Below are positions 42,201 through 56,500 of a stretch of 64,000 nucleotides of DNA, in pieces. A program made the translations under genes and the position numbers. Below the pieces are notes generated by a model. That model had not been told where the DNA came from. It searched no databases and saw only the letters and a list, made by a program, of their open reading frames with translations. This DNA is from Chrysomallon squamiferum (taxonomy: Eukaryota; Animalia; Mollusca). Position 1 is the first letter of the stretch. Each line of letters opens with the position of its first letter. The stretch is from NCBI GenBank assembly GCA_012295275.1, contig CM022673.1, forward strand, positions 27,280,001-27,344,000, in the 5' to 3' direction.

Positions 42201-43504
42201 AGGCTCCTGAACAAAGAAAGGTGTAGATCAAAATTAGCAAAGAAATGTGTAGATCAAAATGAATAAAGAAATGTGTAGATCAAAATGAACAAAGAAAGGT
42301 GTGATAAAATGTAGATCAAAATGAACAAAGAAATGTGAAGATCAAAATCAAAATGAACAATGAAATGATCAAAATGAACAAAAAGATCAAAATGAACAAT
42401 GATCAAAATGAACAAAGAAACAGTGATCAAAATATTTATTTAATGGCAACTCTTGTACATTTTAGTAAGAATTGTTATTAGATTCTGAATATGTATTTAT
42501 TTTATAATGGTAACATGACACAAAATATTTGCTGACATTGCACAGACTGATTTTGGCAGTGAGTAGCAGTTGATCTGGTATGAAAGTTTTTAACTTGTTA
42601 ACTATATAAGTTTCTTATATAACAGGCAAATCAGCATTCTTTGATAAAACAGTTATGAAATAATAAGAGAATTTAGAGTAATGTTTTTAATTTTGTTATT
42701 ATATGTTTTTATTATAAAATTTAATATAAATAAATATAAAATAAAATAAAAATAAATTACGAAATTTAAATTTAACTAAAATTAAATTCAATATAACTAT
42801 TGAATATAAAAAAAAAAAAAAAATAATAAAAAAAGTCTACATATTCTACTGTTTATTTCAAAAAAAAAAAAAAAAGGTTTGTATAAACATAATTAATGTT
42901 GTGTACACTGACATGTGATGTCCTACCTCTACAAAAACATCCAGTCCTGCTCCTTTGCACTGCCCAGATTCCAGAGCTTTGAGAAGAGCTGTTTCATCAA
43001 TGATTCCGCCTCTCGCACAGTTAATCACGCGAACCCCTCTCTTACAGGCAGCAAAAACAGCATCGTTTATCAGATCTGTCAATGACATAGTACTCACATT
43101 TTCATTCTAACTTGACATAATGGAAAATGTCTACTTTAAAAAGAACACTTTTTCTTATCACCAGATATTAGATTTCATCTCTTTCAATGATATTTTGATT
43201 CTAATGTGACAATATGGAAAATGTCTAGTATCCATGGTTACAGGAAGAAATATCAATATTACTCTTATCTTCAGTAACAGTTCACATTTTACTTACCTTT
43301 GGCAAGTACAAAAATGTAACAGACTGCATTTAAATATGTTTTGATGGCATAAACAAATGGATTATAATCATAATTGTTTTGAAAATAAAAAACATTTTTG
43401 CTTTGTTTTTAGGCATCAGTTTTTTCAGAACCAGTTTAGATTTACAATAAAAGATAAAAGAGGATAATATTTTCCTTTTTAATGAGATATTTAAAACACA
43501 GATT

Positions 43505-43538
<34 letters not shown>

Positions 43539-46500
43539 AAACAAATCTTGGTAAAGTGACAATATGGGAACTTTGCTAAGAAGAATTTTCCAGGGTTTTT
43601 TCCATTCAATGTTACAATGTTTTTAATAAATTCAGCATGAGTCATCTAACTAAAATGGTAAACCAAATATACGAGTTAATTAAAAAAAATATATAAACGG
43701 AAAGTGTGCCTGTCGTAGATGTGCTTCAAAACAGTTCGCTCTGATTAGTGTGTTAATTTTTTTTTTTTTCCATTTCCACTTCCATTCAGAATGTGTAAAA
43801 TTCTACTCACGCTTAGTTTGGGGAATCAGTGGCGTGTGAACAGTTATGTAGTCTGCTTGTTTCCAGATCTCCTCAAGAGGAAGCCACTCTGTGTTGAAAG
43901 TTGCACTAACATCACCACCAATAATAGGATCAAAACCAATAGTCTAAATTAAAATTGAAAAGATATTTTACTGAAAAAAACAACAACTACATGACAAATC
44001 ATTAAGAAAATAAATTTTATATTTCAGATAATGAAAGACAACTGTTATACATTGACATTTCAGCCGTTATTAAGTTTTAAGGTAGTTTAGTGTATATCGT
44101 AACATGTAATATCATCTATGATCCTTCTTGTCTATTATTAAACATTTTATGTTCAAGACCAAATTGTAGCAGAATTAGAATTATGTATTTAATTTAAATG
44201 AAATTAAACTCTAGTGCATTTGTTAAAATAAGAAAAATGAATTGATTAATGAACAACAACAACATTAATAATTATAATAATAAATAAAATAATAAAAATG
44301 TATTATAATAATAATAACAAATAAATAAAAAAATAAATAATACTACTTGTCAGATAATTATTCTATAACATTTTCATTTACATGTCAACTCATAATTTTA
44401 CCTTCATTCCAAAAGACTGCATTCTAACGGCCACCTCCCTGCCAATTCGTCCAAGACCGATGATAGCAAGAGTTTTCCCATAAAGCTCCGAGCCCATGAA
44501 CTGTTTCCTGTCCCATTTCCCAGCCTTCATAGACTGAGCTGCCAAACCTAGCTGCCTAAAACATGCACAGTAAATGGAATTAAGATTTTCAGAAACATAT
44601 TACAATACAGTGATAAAAATGTTATCTACAAAAAGAAATTAAAATTATTTCTTGAAATTTCGTCAGTGTTAAATCAAATAAAAGATTATAAAAAATTTAT
44701 CTGAAAAGTCTTTGGAATGTCCATTTGGTTTATTCTTGTTTATTAACAGAAATTTCATTTTTGTTTGATTTTTAGATTCTTCAAAACAAATAAATGTTTT
44801 AATAATAAATAAATAAATAAATAAATAAATAACAATAATAATAAATAAATACATAAACAAATCAGTCAATCAATCAATCAAAAAAAATGTATATAAAAAA
44901 AATATATATATATATATATATAAATAAATTTATGCAAGCCTACTTTCTAGACAACACATTCCTATTTAACAAACAGCCTCACCTTGACAAGCTGACTATC
45001 AATGTACAGGTATGTTCTGCAGCACTGAGTGTATTTCCTCCTGGTGTGCTACAACAGTAATCAAAAAACTATTATAAACACACATACACACAGACACATA
45101 CATTTTAATAACATACCATTAATACAGGGAAATAAATTTTTAAAAAGCACTCTGAAACATTGCTTAGTATTATCCATTATTGTTCATCATCCAAAACTGG
45201 AAAAAAGTTTTTAAACCCACCTTTATTTTACTTTATTAGTAGTATTTATATTAATTTTAATATGCATCATTTAATATACATTTGGTTTAATATGTGTTTA
45301 TTACAAATTATATTACACATTTGTCCAACCAGAATATATATATATTTTTTTTAAATGTAGCCTATTTATAGCCTGTTACTGTGGAGATAACCAGTATCTT
45401 TATTACAGAAACAAATGTTCATTGAAGGTACAAGCTTATCTTACTGGGCACACTAGAGTTTGTTTATTCATGTTTTAGCAAACACTGAACAAACTCTAAT
45501 GCACTGAATGACGTAATATAATAAATTCTGCTTAGGATCAAATGCAAACTGAGGCATATCTTGTTTATGTAACCTATGAACACACAATCAATAAATACCC
45601 TTCCCCACCACACAATATTTGGCCTTAAACAACATTATATGTGCGTGACAAATGGATAATTATATAATTCATTAAACAAATTTGCCAATTACCTATTGTA
45701 GCATGTGATTCAATACAGCTGTGAGCTATAAAACAACTGGATGTTAAAGGCAAACAAATCTGATGAGCAATGAAAAATAAAAAAATGTTCTCTGCCTCTG
45801 AACATGTTGTAATATTAGAAGGTCATCCTACACTGTTTTTTTTTGGTTTACACACAAACACACACACACATATATATACATACACACACATACATGTACA
45901 CATACACAAACACACACACACACATGAAATAAGATAAAACCTACTACACTCAAACCATGTACAAAGTATTTTTTTTTTCAACATAACCCAACAGAGCTTT
46001 AAGAAAAACCTTTTAAATCTAGAATCACCTATCAGAAATAAATATTGTTTATATATTTATTTATTTATTTACATGTGTATTTTACTAACTTCATCACAAT
46101 GATGCCTTTTCTTGTTGCTGCATCACAGTCTATGTTGTCCACCCCTGTTCCTGCTCTTCCTATTATCTTCAAGTTGGTTGCAGCGTCTATGATTTCTGTC
46201 GTCACTTTTGTTGCTGACCTCACAATCAGGCCATCGTAAGTCTATAACATCAAAATATATAAAAACAAAACTGTGCAGATAAATTATCAAGTTACCATTG
46301 CAGTTCTGTTAGTTCTTTTCTGTAGGCATTTTTAGTGTTTGTTATTAAATAAAACTCAACTTGCAAGATTTATTTAATGATAAAATTTTATTCTACTGTT
46401 GTACAGCATCATACATCTGGCTATAAATTGTATACTTGTATACATTAGTACATTGGTGTTTTCCATTTTATTTGCCTATGCAAGCTGTGTGATATATATC

Positions 46501-46800
46501 AATATTACTATAATGATAAAAACTATCAGTATATAAATTACTCGTCAGTATTCTCTTTCAGTATTTAAACATGGTGTGCACAGACTAGATTTAAATGAAT
46601 TCTTATGAACAAATATATCAAGAAAGGTACGAAAAAAAAAACAACAGTCAAAGTAATGTGACAGATAGTGATATCTGGAAATAAATGTAAAAATTAATGT
46701 ATGCAAATTGAGTGCCCGTCTATTGATTATTCATGAATTCTGACATGGTTTATGAGTGAATATAGACCCATGCAAGATCTTGTGTGTGTGTGAGTGTGAA

Positions 46801-46832
<32 letters not shown>

Positions 46833-48213
46833 AGTGTGGGTGTGTGTGACATGCACATTTGTACACTGGCTCATTCAAGTCATTGCATGAGAGAATAATA
46901 ACCTCCAAATGCATGTTTATGATTATTTGATGTCTTCTGAATAATCCCTGAAGAACAAAACAAACTAATAAAGCATTCTCAAATATTTTTATTTTCAACT
47001 TTTTCTTCATTGTTTTCCGTCTGGTCACTGTAGCTGAAACAAGTGACCAGTGACCAGTCATCTTGGACAGAAGATATAATTCAGATAACAAACTGACTTT
47101 GGATCTTGTCTGCAGTTTGTACAAATACTGTCTGGCAGACTTGAATTTTTAAAACTAGAATTCCAGTGGTTCGATATCTTAATTCTCTTGGTAAATCAGA
47201 TTGAGAAATTGATAAAGATACAGATTTATTTTATTAATAAATACAGAATGCTTAAACTGTCATGGCAAAATTTATAAAAATAATAATAATAATAAATAAA
47301 ATGAAAAACAAAAAAATTTAAAGTAAAATTTTAATTCCCCCCCCCAATCCGTTGGTATCAACTGAATATATTATAATTTATATATATAATATTAAAGTCA
47401 CAAATTCCATAACAGTAATATATACATTAAAAATATTTTAAACTGGGTCACCACGAGTTTAAATGAATATTAAGAAAAACAATAATAAAAAAAAAATAAT
47501 AAATGCATGAAGTCCTTAGTCACGTTTCATAGCTAAATATAGTAATAACTAAATAAGTAAATGATATTTTATTCATCCACATATTTCTAACTGGAACAAC
47601 TTAGCTCTAACAAGTTCATTTGAAGTTCAAGGAAACATATTTCATAACAAGTAATGCTGTTACATCATCAAAACACTGCGATTAAAAGCCACTGTAAATA
47701 ATGAAAAAATCAGCTGATGCAAAAACAATATCTAGGCCAAACTGACCCAGATGACTCGCCATTTTAATACACACGTAACTGCTAGGCAAACAACTATGTA
47801 CAATTATGAACTGTAAATCATGAACCGAATTAGAGTTTCCCACAATCAGATAGAGATTTTATATTCCTTTTCTCTATTTATTTACTTATTGATTTATTTA
47901 TACATTTATTTATGCTAATTGAACTGCTTTCTGAATTATCTTAAAAAACAAATAATAATAATATTTATTTAAAGTCACTGATTCTTTTTATGTATTAAAC
48001 TTATTAAAAAAAAAAAAAAAAAAAGTTGTTCTTCAGCTGTTATATTTTAAAGATACAGAATTAATTAAAGTGAAATATACAAGAATATTTTTACATAATC
48101 TTTTTTAAGCTAAATAGAAACACATGGGATATTCTGTGCGCTACTCAGATAGCAACGTAAGAACATTTTACAGGGCAAGTGTTTTCATAACAAGCCTGAT
48201 TATTGCATCATCA

Positions 48214-48280
<67 letters not shown>

Positions 48281-48931
48281 AATAATAATAAATAAATAAA
48301 TACAGTAAAATAAAATAAAATAAAATAAAATAAAAGAATATAATAAACGATTGAAAACAAGAGTGACATGTGCCTCATGTAGAACTGAACATGTAGCCTA
48401 CTGATCCTGGCATCAACACGAACTACAGTATTCTTACACCAAATTTAAATAATATAACTGAATGTATCAGGCAACAAGTAATATATATGGTAAACATATA
48501 AGAAAGCATAATATAATAATAATCTTATGTAACAATTTAGACTAATATTATTTCTTTTTTCTTTTTCTTTCTTTTTTTTTTAAAGAAGAACAACAAGAAA
48601 AAAATAGTTACTATATAAATTACATTTGACAAAGCAATCTAAATGTCACTAAAGTTTTATCTTCGATTTTTTTAGTCAGATTAATTTTAATATTATATTT
48701 TTCCAAATTATTATTTCAAATTATTTTTAATAACGTTTTAGAAAGTAGCATCGACGTGAAACGAAGCGTGATGCACGTTGTTTTCATTTTACTTACCGGT
48801 ATTTCAGAAATCAATTGCTCTTTTGTGAGCTTTGTTTTCTTCACAACCTCAATGCCATTATTTTGCAAAATTTCTATACATTTTGGATCAATGTCATCAC
48901 TGATTAAAACTTTTTTCAGTGAAAAAACCAT
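39293..48931 (-). CDS. PHGDH: D-3-phosphoglycerate dehydrogenase, 536 aa, 11 exons: 48931-48797, 46241-46090, 45048-44983, 44555-44402, 43943-43811, 43075-42927, 42206-42054, 41467-41326, 40900-40761, 40241-40013, 39450-39293
   Basis: Hallmark peptides [91 protein letters not shown]; all GT-AG, phases consistent, sum 1611 nt. Confidence 0.97.
42209..42435. repeat. ~26-bp minisatellite (gatcaaaatgaacaaagaaatgtgta) abutting the PHGDH exon 7 acceptor
   Basis: About 9-10 full or partial copies visible. Confidence 0.85.
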
Positions 48932-50032
48932 GATGACAGTTCAAAAAGACCGCTGGATATTTCTCCGTATATACACTTGTCAAGGAAAGGAAACCGAAGG
49001 GGATGATCAACAAGTTGCCATCGCTTATATATGAGCGCGGAAGGTTTTGTACCAGCGGTAATTTGGTTGAAAAATGTCTTTAGATCTCCCATTTAGGCTA
49101 GAATTTAGCTAAAAATTAAGGCTGACTAAAATAAAGAGTACAATTAACAAACGTAGCATATACTGTAATAACAAAAGCAAACAAAATGTTTGAGATATTT
49201 GAAGAAAAAAAACGGGGGCGGAGAAAGGCGGACCTAGAGGCATAGGGTAGTAATTTTCCCCGATGCTAATTAATCAAATTATTACTTAGATTAAAACTGA
49301 TAATAAGAAAACAATAAATATAAAATTTTAATTGAAATACAACAAGTATTTAAATGTTCAACAAAATCAAAAAGATTAAATTACCCATCCCTGGTAATTT
49401 TAGGAATGACCCTAGACATACGCCACTTTGATGACGGAAAATTCCGATTTGCATGAACGACATTTTTTTATTGTTGTCGTTCCAAACGTTCTAAGTTACC
49501 ATGGAGGTAAACAGTAACAACACTGATTATTTCTTCTTGTTTCGATGTTATTGATAGATATAAATTTCTATGAAAATACAAATCTCTCTCTCACGAAACA
49601 CACACACACACACACATACATACACTCAAATTTACAAACATATTTACAGTTGCAGATGATTATGATTTGCAGTAACGTAACCCGTTTCAATTGTTTTTTT
49701 CTAAAATAAAATTGTTGCATTTAATATAAGTTAAAACTAACAATAAGCAACAGCTTGACAAATTTTGCCATTAATTTACTAACTGAAATTATACCTATAT
49801 TAATGTTTCAAAGAGTTTTTTAACAGTATACTTTACGAAATTTTCAAAATCAGAATAAAACGTCTAGTATAATTTATTTCCGAAGTATCTCTGATAATAT
49901 CATATAGGCCTATTTGGCTATTAGTGTACTTAGCAATATGCAGCACTAATAATTTATTTATATTCCGATATTACATTTGGAAAACAAATAAAAAGGGAGA
50001 GAAAAATTTAAATGGCTCCCTTTTATTCGATT

Positions 50033-50084
<52 letters not shown>

Positions 50085-50090
50085 ATGCCT

Positions 50091-50274
50091 ATTAATCTAC
50101 TTTAGATTAGGAAATAATCGTATTTATTTTTAAATGCTTGTTAAAATTTGTCGATCTTTATTTATTTATTTAAACAAATAATATTAGTCTAATTTAGATT
50201 TGAAAATAATCGTATTTATTTTTAAATGCTTGTTCAAAATTTTCTGTCTTTATTTATTTATTTAAACAAATAAT
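50091..50274. repeat. Two-copy tandem duplication (~92 bp unit)
   Basis: atta.tcta.tttagatt...aaataatcgtatttatttttaaatgcttgtt...tctttatttatttatttaaacaaataat occurs twice in tandem. Confidence 0.85.
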
Positions 50275-51095
50275 TATTCTAATATTCTATTATTAAACTG
50301 AACTGGACTATGCTTATAATTAATGATTCTAAACTGTCTGGCAAACGCTGGGTCTGTGACGTCTGCTTCTCTTCGTTTAATCCAACTGACGCGGCGATCC
50401 ACGTTTGTCCGATGCGTGAATGAGAAAGCCCGCGCCTTGTTATAGGCGAGCGTGTTTGTAGTGTGTTTAATTTAGTAAAAAGAAGAAAAACAACCCAAAT
50501 AAAGAAAGAAAGAAATTAATAATATAAATACTGCTAATGCTTACTCAGTTACTCTCTTACTGTTTACTGATAATTTATAATCAAGGTCTGAAATGATAAC
50601 AGAATGCATGACCATCAGAAAAATCGTAAATTTCCATTTGCAGAGAGAGTAAGCATGTCAAGGATGATTCGTGATTCTTTTCCGCGCATGGGGTCACGAC
50701 AACAAAGGATGAAATAAAAACGAAAGGATTTAAAACAAAGTCGAATGTTCGATGTATGCATCAAGGCTTTTTAATTAGCAAGTTTGATGGGGTTTATTTT
50801 ATTATTATTTTATTGTAGTCCACCTCCAATATTTTTATTGTTTCTTCGTTCACTCCACACATACAAACAAATGAGAAATGTAATACAAATTCTGACATTC
50901 GAATTTATTTCGAGTAACAGATTTGTGGATGTCCGGGGTTCGGTGCACTGGGATTTAGTTATTTTATATAACATAAGTAGAAATAGGTATATGTATATAT
51001 TATAGTTAGGCCTACATTAAACGAATATCATATTGATCTCAATACTATTAAGGATATTTGTCGTTTTTATTGTTGTATGCTTCTTCTTCCTCTTA

Positions 51096-51169
<74 letters not shown>

Positions 51170-51615
51170 CTGGCTGATAGCAATTCAAGTTTATAATTAA
51201 TTCCTTATAATCTAATTATAATAAAAATAGTTATGTCACATATATTTCCATCTTTTAGTTTTCATACACTTCATTAAATAAATAAATAAATAAATAATCA
51301 AGCATCACGTAATAATTAAATCAAGATAGTTACCATAAAATATATGTCGAAAACCGTAACATTAACAAGCACTGAAGCAGGTCTCATTAGCTATATGCTT
51401 ATTATTAATTAAATATTAGTTAAAAGGCTAATAATATTTAACGCCTCTCTGTACACTTTCGGGTTTTCATCTAACATATTAACACTGAATTGCTGAGATG
51501 ACACAGGTTCTAATACTGTGTAACCACGAATTTTCCATAATGAAAGGTTTCGAAATTAAGGATTTAATTACGAATTGACATTTGTTAGCTGGAGTAATCT
51601 CCCTTATACGATATT

Positions 51616-52775
51616 ATGGCGGGCACCTGTGCATTGTCGTTTTCTGATCCAGTGTCAGCAATTTGCTGTTTATCTTGGTCAGAAGAAAACAAAATTGCAT
51701 TATGTACAGACAACAGAATATATGTCATGGTATGCTTGTTTGAAAGTTATTAATGCAATGCATTTTCCCTTACTGAATCAGTGACACACAATTTAATGTT
51801 TATATTGCCATAATAAATTATAAATATTATATAAGAATATCAATATCAGTACACTGTCAGAATACCGTGTTTCGGCCTATTAATGAGAAATAGTATGCTT
51901 ATCGTAACTGCTTGAATAGTTTATATAATGAATATGCAGGCTATTCAGTGCACAACCATGATTATCTCTTTTTTTTTTTTTTTTTTTTTTTAAAATTTAT
52001 TATTACTATTATTATTATAATTATTATTTCATTTTATTCATTTCCTTTTGTTTTTTTTTTTTTTTTTTTTTTTAATAATCTTGAGTTCAGGTACTGCAGG
52101 AAAAAAATAAATTGATATTATACCCTAATAATAATCATCATTTCAGGAATTACAGAACAATCCTTACCAGTTTGATTCCACGTCACACTTTCATCATAGC
52201 TGTATAGAACCTCACCCCTCTATCAACAGACTGGTAAAAAATTTCAATGAAGAAACATTTATGAAAAAACTTAATTTCGGTTAGTATGATGAAATGTTAA
52301 ATAACTTAAAATAAAAAATAAAATACTAAATTTATTTATTTGTTTATTTATTAAACTTTATATATATTTTTTTTTAAAGTAAAATTTATTAAAGAGTATA
52401 TTATGCTTGTGTTTCAAGATTCTGATGTTTTATTTGCTCCTCATCAAGACTAGCACTTTAAAACATAAAATTATATTGCTTACACTTTACACAAAAGAAT
52501 GGTACATAACTTAATAGTAACGGGATAGAGACTGTTACTAATTATTATTGTTATTTTTTTCTTCTTCTTTTTCTTTCACTTATGTCACAGTAAATAATTC
52601 CTGAAATTTCTTCATGACAAAGACAGAAAAAACATTTCTTATAAATTAATCTAACTTATAAATTAATCTTAAATGTATTCTTATTACTATTATTATTATA
52701 ATTATTATCATTATACTATTATACTGTTATCATTATTATTGTTATTCTTACTACTATTATGATTATTATTATTAC

Positions 52776-52809
<34 letters not shown>

Positions 52810-53282
52810 TTTATTATGAAATATAATTATGTAATTAAATTTTCAGATGAATTACAGGAGTTGAAGCTGGACCGTACAGTTTGTCCACGTGAAGACTGTG
52901 CTACCTCTTACAGAGGTTTTTCTTGTGCCCGCTGGTCATCTCTGGGGGGTGACATTTTTGACAGGTACGGATTTATTTTTCATACATATTGCACTGTTAT
53001 TCTTTTACCCAGTAAGCTGTTACTTACATTCATTTCAAATAAACGTTTTTGACTTAATATAATAAAATATTCAAAATTAATTATTCACTTGTATTTATTT
53101 TTTATTTTTTCTCCCATTATTGTTTTATTTGTAGTTGTTTCACAAATTTGTGTAGTTAAGCTCTTTTTCATATGGTTCCTTAGATAATTTTCTGGCAGTC
53201 AGAATATTTTTTCAAAGAATTAATAAAAATAAAATTAACATATTCAAGCAGATGCAATAATTTTTATTTTATTATTTTATAT

Positions 53283-53337
<55 letters not shown>

Positions 53338-53530
53338 TGTATTTCAGATGTCTTCTAGCTTGTCTTAGTCATGACCACAGACTTACTATACAGTATGCAG
53401 GATCCACCAAATGGCTAGTTGTAAGTCTAAATGTTTCCTAACTGAAACTATAACCAAACTAAAATATTTGAATTAATATGATTATTTAATGTACTTATCT
53501 AAAATCATAATAATAATAATAATGATTATT

Positions 53531-53586
<56 letters not shown>

Positions 53587-56500
53587 ACTAGAGATAAAAT
53601 GGACCTGTATTGTTTAAATAATCAAAAAAGATAATGAAGAGAATAAATTGGCAGGATTCAGTTGTAACAGTACTAGTTTATTTACACATGTTACTATTAT
53701 CTCTGGTTTATTATTCAGAAATATGCAAAACGTTTTAAGCTATTTTTTTAATACAACCACAATACCATTTAGAAAACAACTATAAAATGAAAAAAAAAAA
53801 AAATATGAATAGGACTTTTCTTTGTTTTGTCACCAAGACATTTGATGTAAATTCATTGCTTTATGTGTGATTAAAGTAATTGTTATTATTTTTTGTCAGG
53901 TAGCTGATCTGTCAGGTATTTACAGTGAAAAACACCAACAAGAATACAGCAACTTTCAGGAGCTGAAATATCTATCTTACAAACTGGCTGCTGTAGGTAA
54001 ATAAAAACTTCTTTTCATTTTGTTTTTTTTCTTGTAATTCTTCTTCACTATATTTTGTTTGATATTCTAAATCAGTAATATAATATATTAATATACAAAG
54101 TTAAATAAACATTTTAAACAACTGTGGTTTGAGAACAATTTTTAATGATATTTTACTCGTTTAATTTTCTTAGTTAAAGAAATTAATATTTAATTATCAA
54201 TATTTATACATATAAAAAAAGAAGAAGAAGAAATTGATTGAAACACACTTTGTAATAAACTTTGTAAGACTGTTTTGAATTTACTGAGTACCTATATTAT
54301 TTGATAATTTTTTTTAGCACTGGCTTGGTCTCAAGTGTATGAAGAATACATAAATGACAACAAAAAAGTAGAATTCTCTCTTTTGGCTGTTGGAATGAAA
54401 AATGGTGATGTTGTTATTTGGAAAATCACCTTCCCTTGTAAGAGCCAGTAAGTTTTGTGATTGTTGTATTTATTCTTCTAGGTTTTCATTATTACCTGTA
54501 GCCATAAAAATGGAAATTTAGATATGTTTTATGTTAAATCTAGCCAATAAATAAATACATCTTCATTGATTAAATTAATAGTTTGATACAAGGAATTTTG
54601 AGTTTGTTAAGATGAATGAAATAACCAGTTGAAGAGTGTTAGTTTTTCCTTTGTTCTCTTACAGATCTGATTGTAAAATAGTTCAGAACATTCCAGTTGA
54701 ATCAGCTATACCTACCTCACTGAGTTTTTGCAGATCATTAAAAGAGAAAGACAAAGGTAAAATTCATTGGTGTTTTTTTTGTTAAAGTTTTAATTTCTGT
54801 TATTTAAAAAAAAAAGAAATTTGAATTTTCAACCATTTTATTATTTATATATGAAGAATAAGAAATAATACACTTTCAAAATATTTGAGAAAGAACAAGA
54901 TTGTATCAGGAACTTTCTTAGGTTGAAAAACCAAAACAAACCCCACCTTGTAGAACAGAGTTCATTCTTTAATCAATTTCAGAAGAATCAGCATTCGCTG
55001 TTATTTATTAAAATTAAATTGTTGTCAAGGAATTTTTCACATTGCTCTTTGGAAAGGATGTTTGACATGTGTTAAAAACTCTACATTTCACAAAATAAAG
55101 CCGTAATAGAAGTCTAGATGTACGATCCCATGAATTAACTCAAAAACTATTTCAGGTTTATTGGCTGTTGGCTTTCTCAGTGGGACTGTACATCTTATAA
55201 ACATAACAGTACGAGAGACAGTCACATGTCGCACCTCCTGTATTTACCTTGATGAAGATCTCATGAGTGTGGCATGCATGGACTGGGTCGATCTGCCTCA
55301 AGTCAGTAATTCTCTGATAATTAATATCATTGTTAAATATAAACTGAGTGATGTACACTAGTATAGCAGTCTATCTCTGTCTGTCTGCCTCTTCATCTAC
55401 CTGGTATCTGTTTTTAATCTAGCTGTCTTTCTAGCTGTATGGCTTTGTTTTCATCTGTTTAGATGATAATATTGTGTGTGTGTTTAAATTAAAGTAATAT
55501 AAAATGCACTAACACAGTAACTTGGGAAACTAACATATTGTTTAGCTTGAATGAAAACAACACTGAGGTAATAAAATGATGTTTTGTGAGAATTTAGGTA
55601 CAATATTCAGTATAAATTTCAGGGAGACATGTGTTTTGTATTCTGTAAAGAACAATACGTACTTACTTGTATCTTGAGGATGAAGAATGGTAAACTACAG
55701 ATGCCTACCTCTTCTCACGTACAGGCAAACCAGGTGGGAACCTGGCTGTCAGCTACAGGTTAGTGTCTGGCTCTTTGATTATTTTTACATCTCGATTTGT
55801 ACTTTCATAGTCCAGATTTAATGGAAGCAAAGAAAGTAAGGTTTTAATCTGGATGTTAGAAAACGTGAAATTCTCTGCCTTTAATTTATTATTGTTGTTG
55901 TTGTTGCTTTTGCTGCTATTATTATTTTAATAATGTTTTAATTTGTTTAAAGAATAATTGTATGAAAGAAGAATGTGTTTTATTCCTCAGCATATATAAA
56001 GACTTAAGTAAACTTTTTGTTGTAATGGGAAACAGCCTGGTTGGTGGAGATCAGATCATGTGATCTTATAATAAAATCTTTTTAATTTTTTTTTTGTATT
56101 TAATACATTATTTTAAAGGATTTTGTCCTGTCTTACTTTTAATAAAGGTATTAGAAAATGTAAATTGTAAATCAGAAGATTGTGATTTTATGATCCCCAG
56201 GTTTGTGTTCACAGAAAGGATACTCAGTGATGGCTTCTGCAGATGGGCTGGTACAGCAGTTACACATACAGGCCACTGACAAAGGTTGGTTGAAAACAGT
56301 TTTGACTCAGTTTTGAATCTCTAATTTAGGATTTAGAAAAGTTTGTGATACATATATAGACATATCTTTTTTTATTATTATTCGTAGGTTTGGATACCAA
56401 ATTTATATTGTTGATATAATATGAATAACATTATAAATAACATAAACTATTCATTACTACTGACAAACCAGTAAATATAATCACTTTTTATTGCAGTAAA

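Noticed and set aside
49217-49430. Possible degenerate TIR element (ggcggacctag ... ctagacatacgcc)
   Set aside because: Inverted match too poor and no target-site duplication identified.
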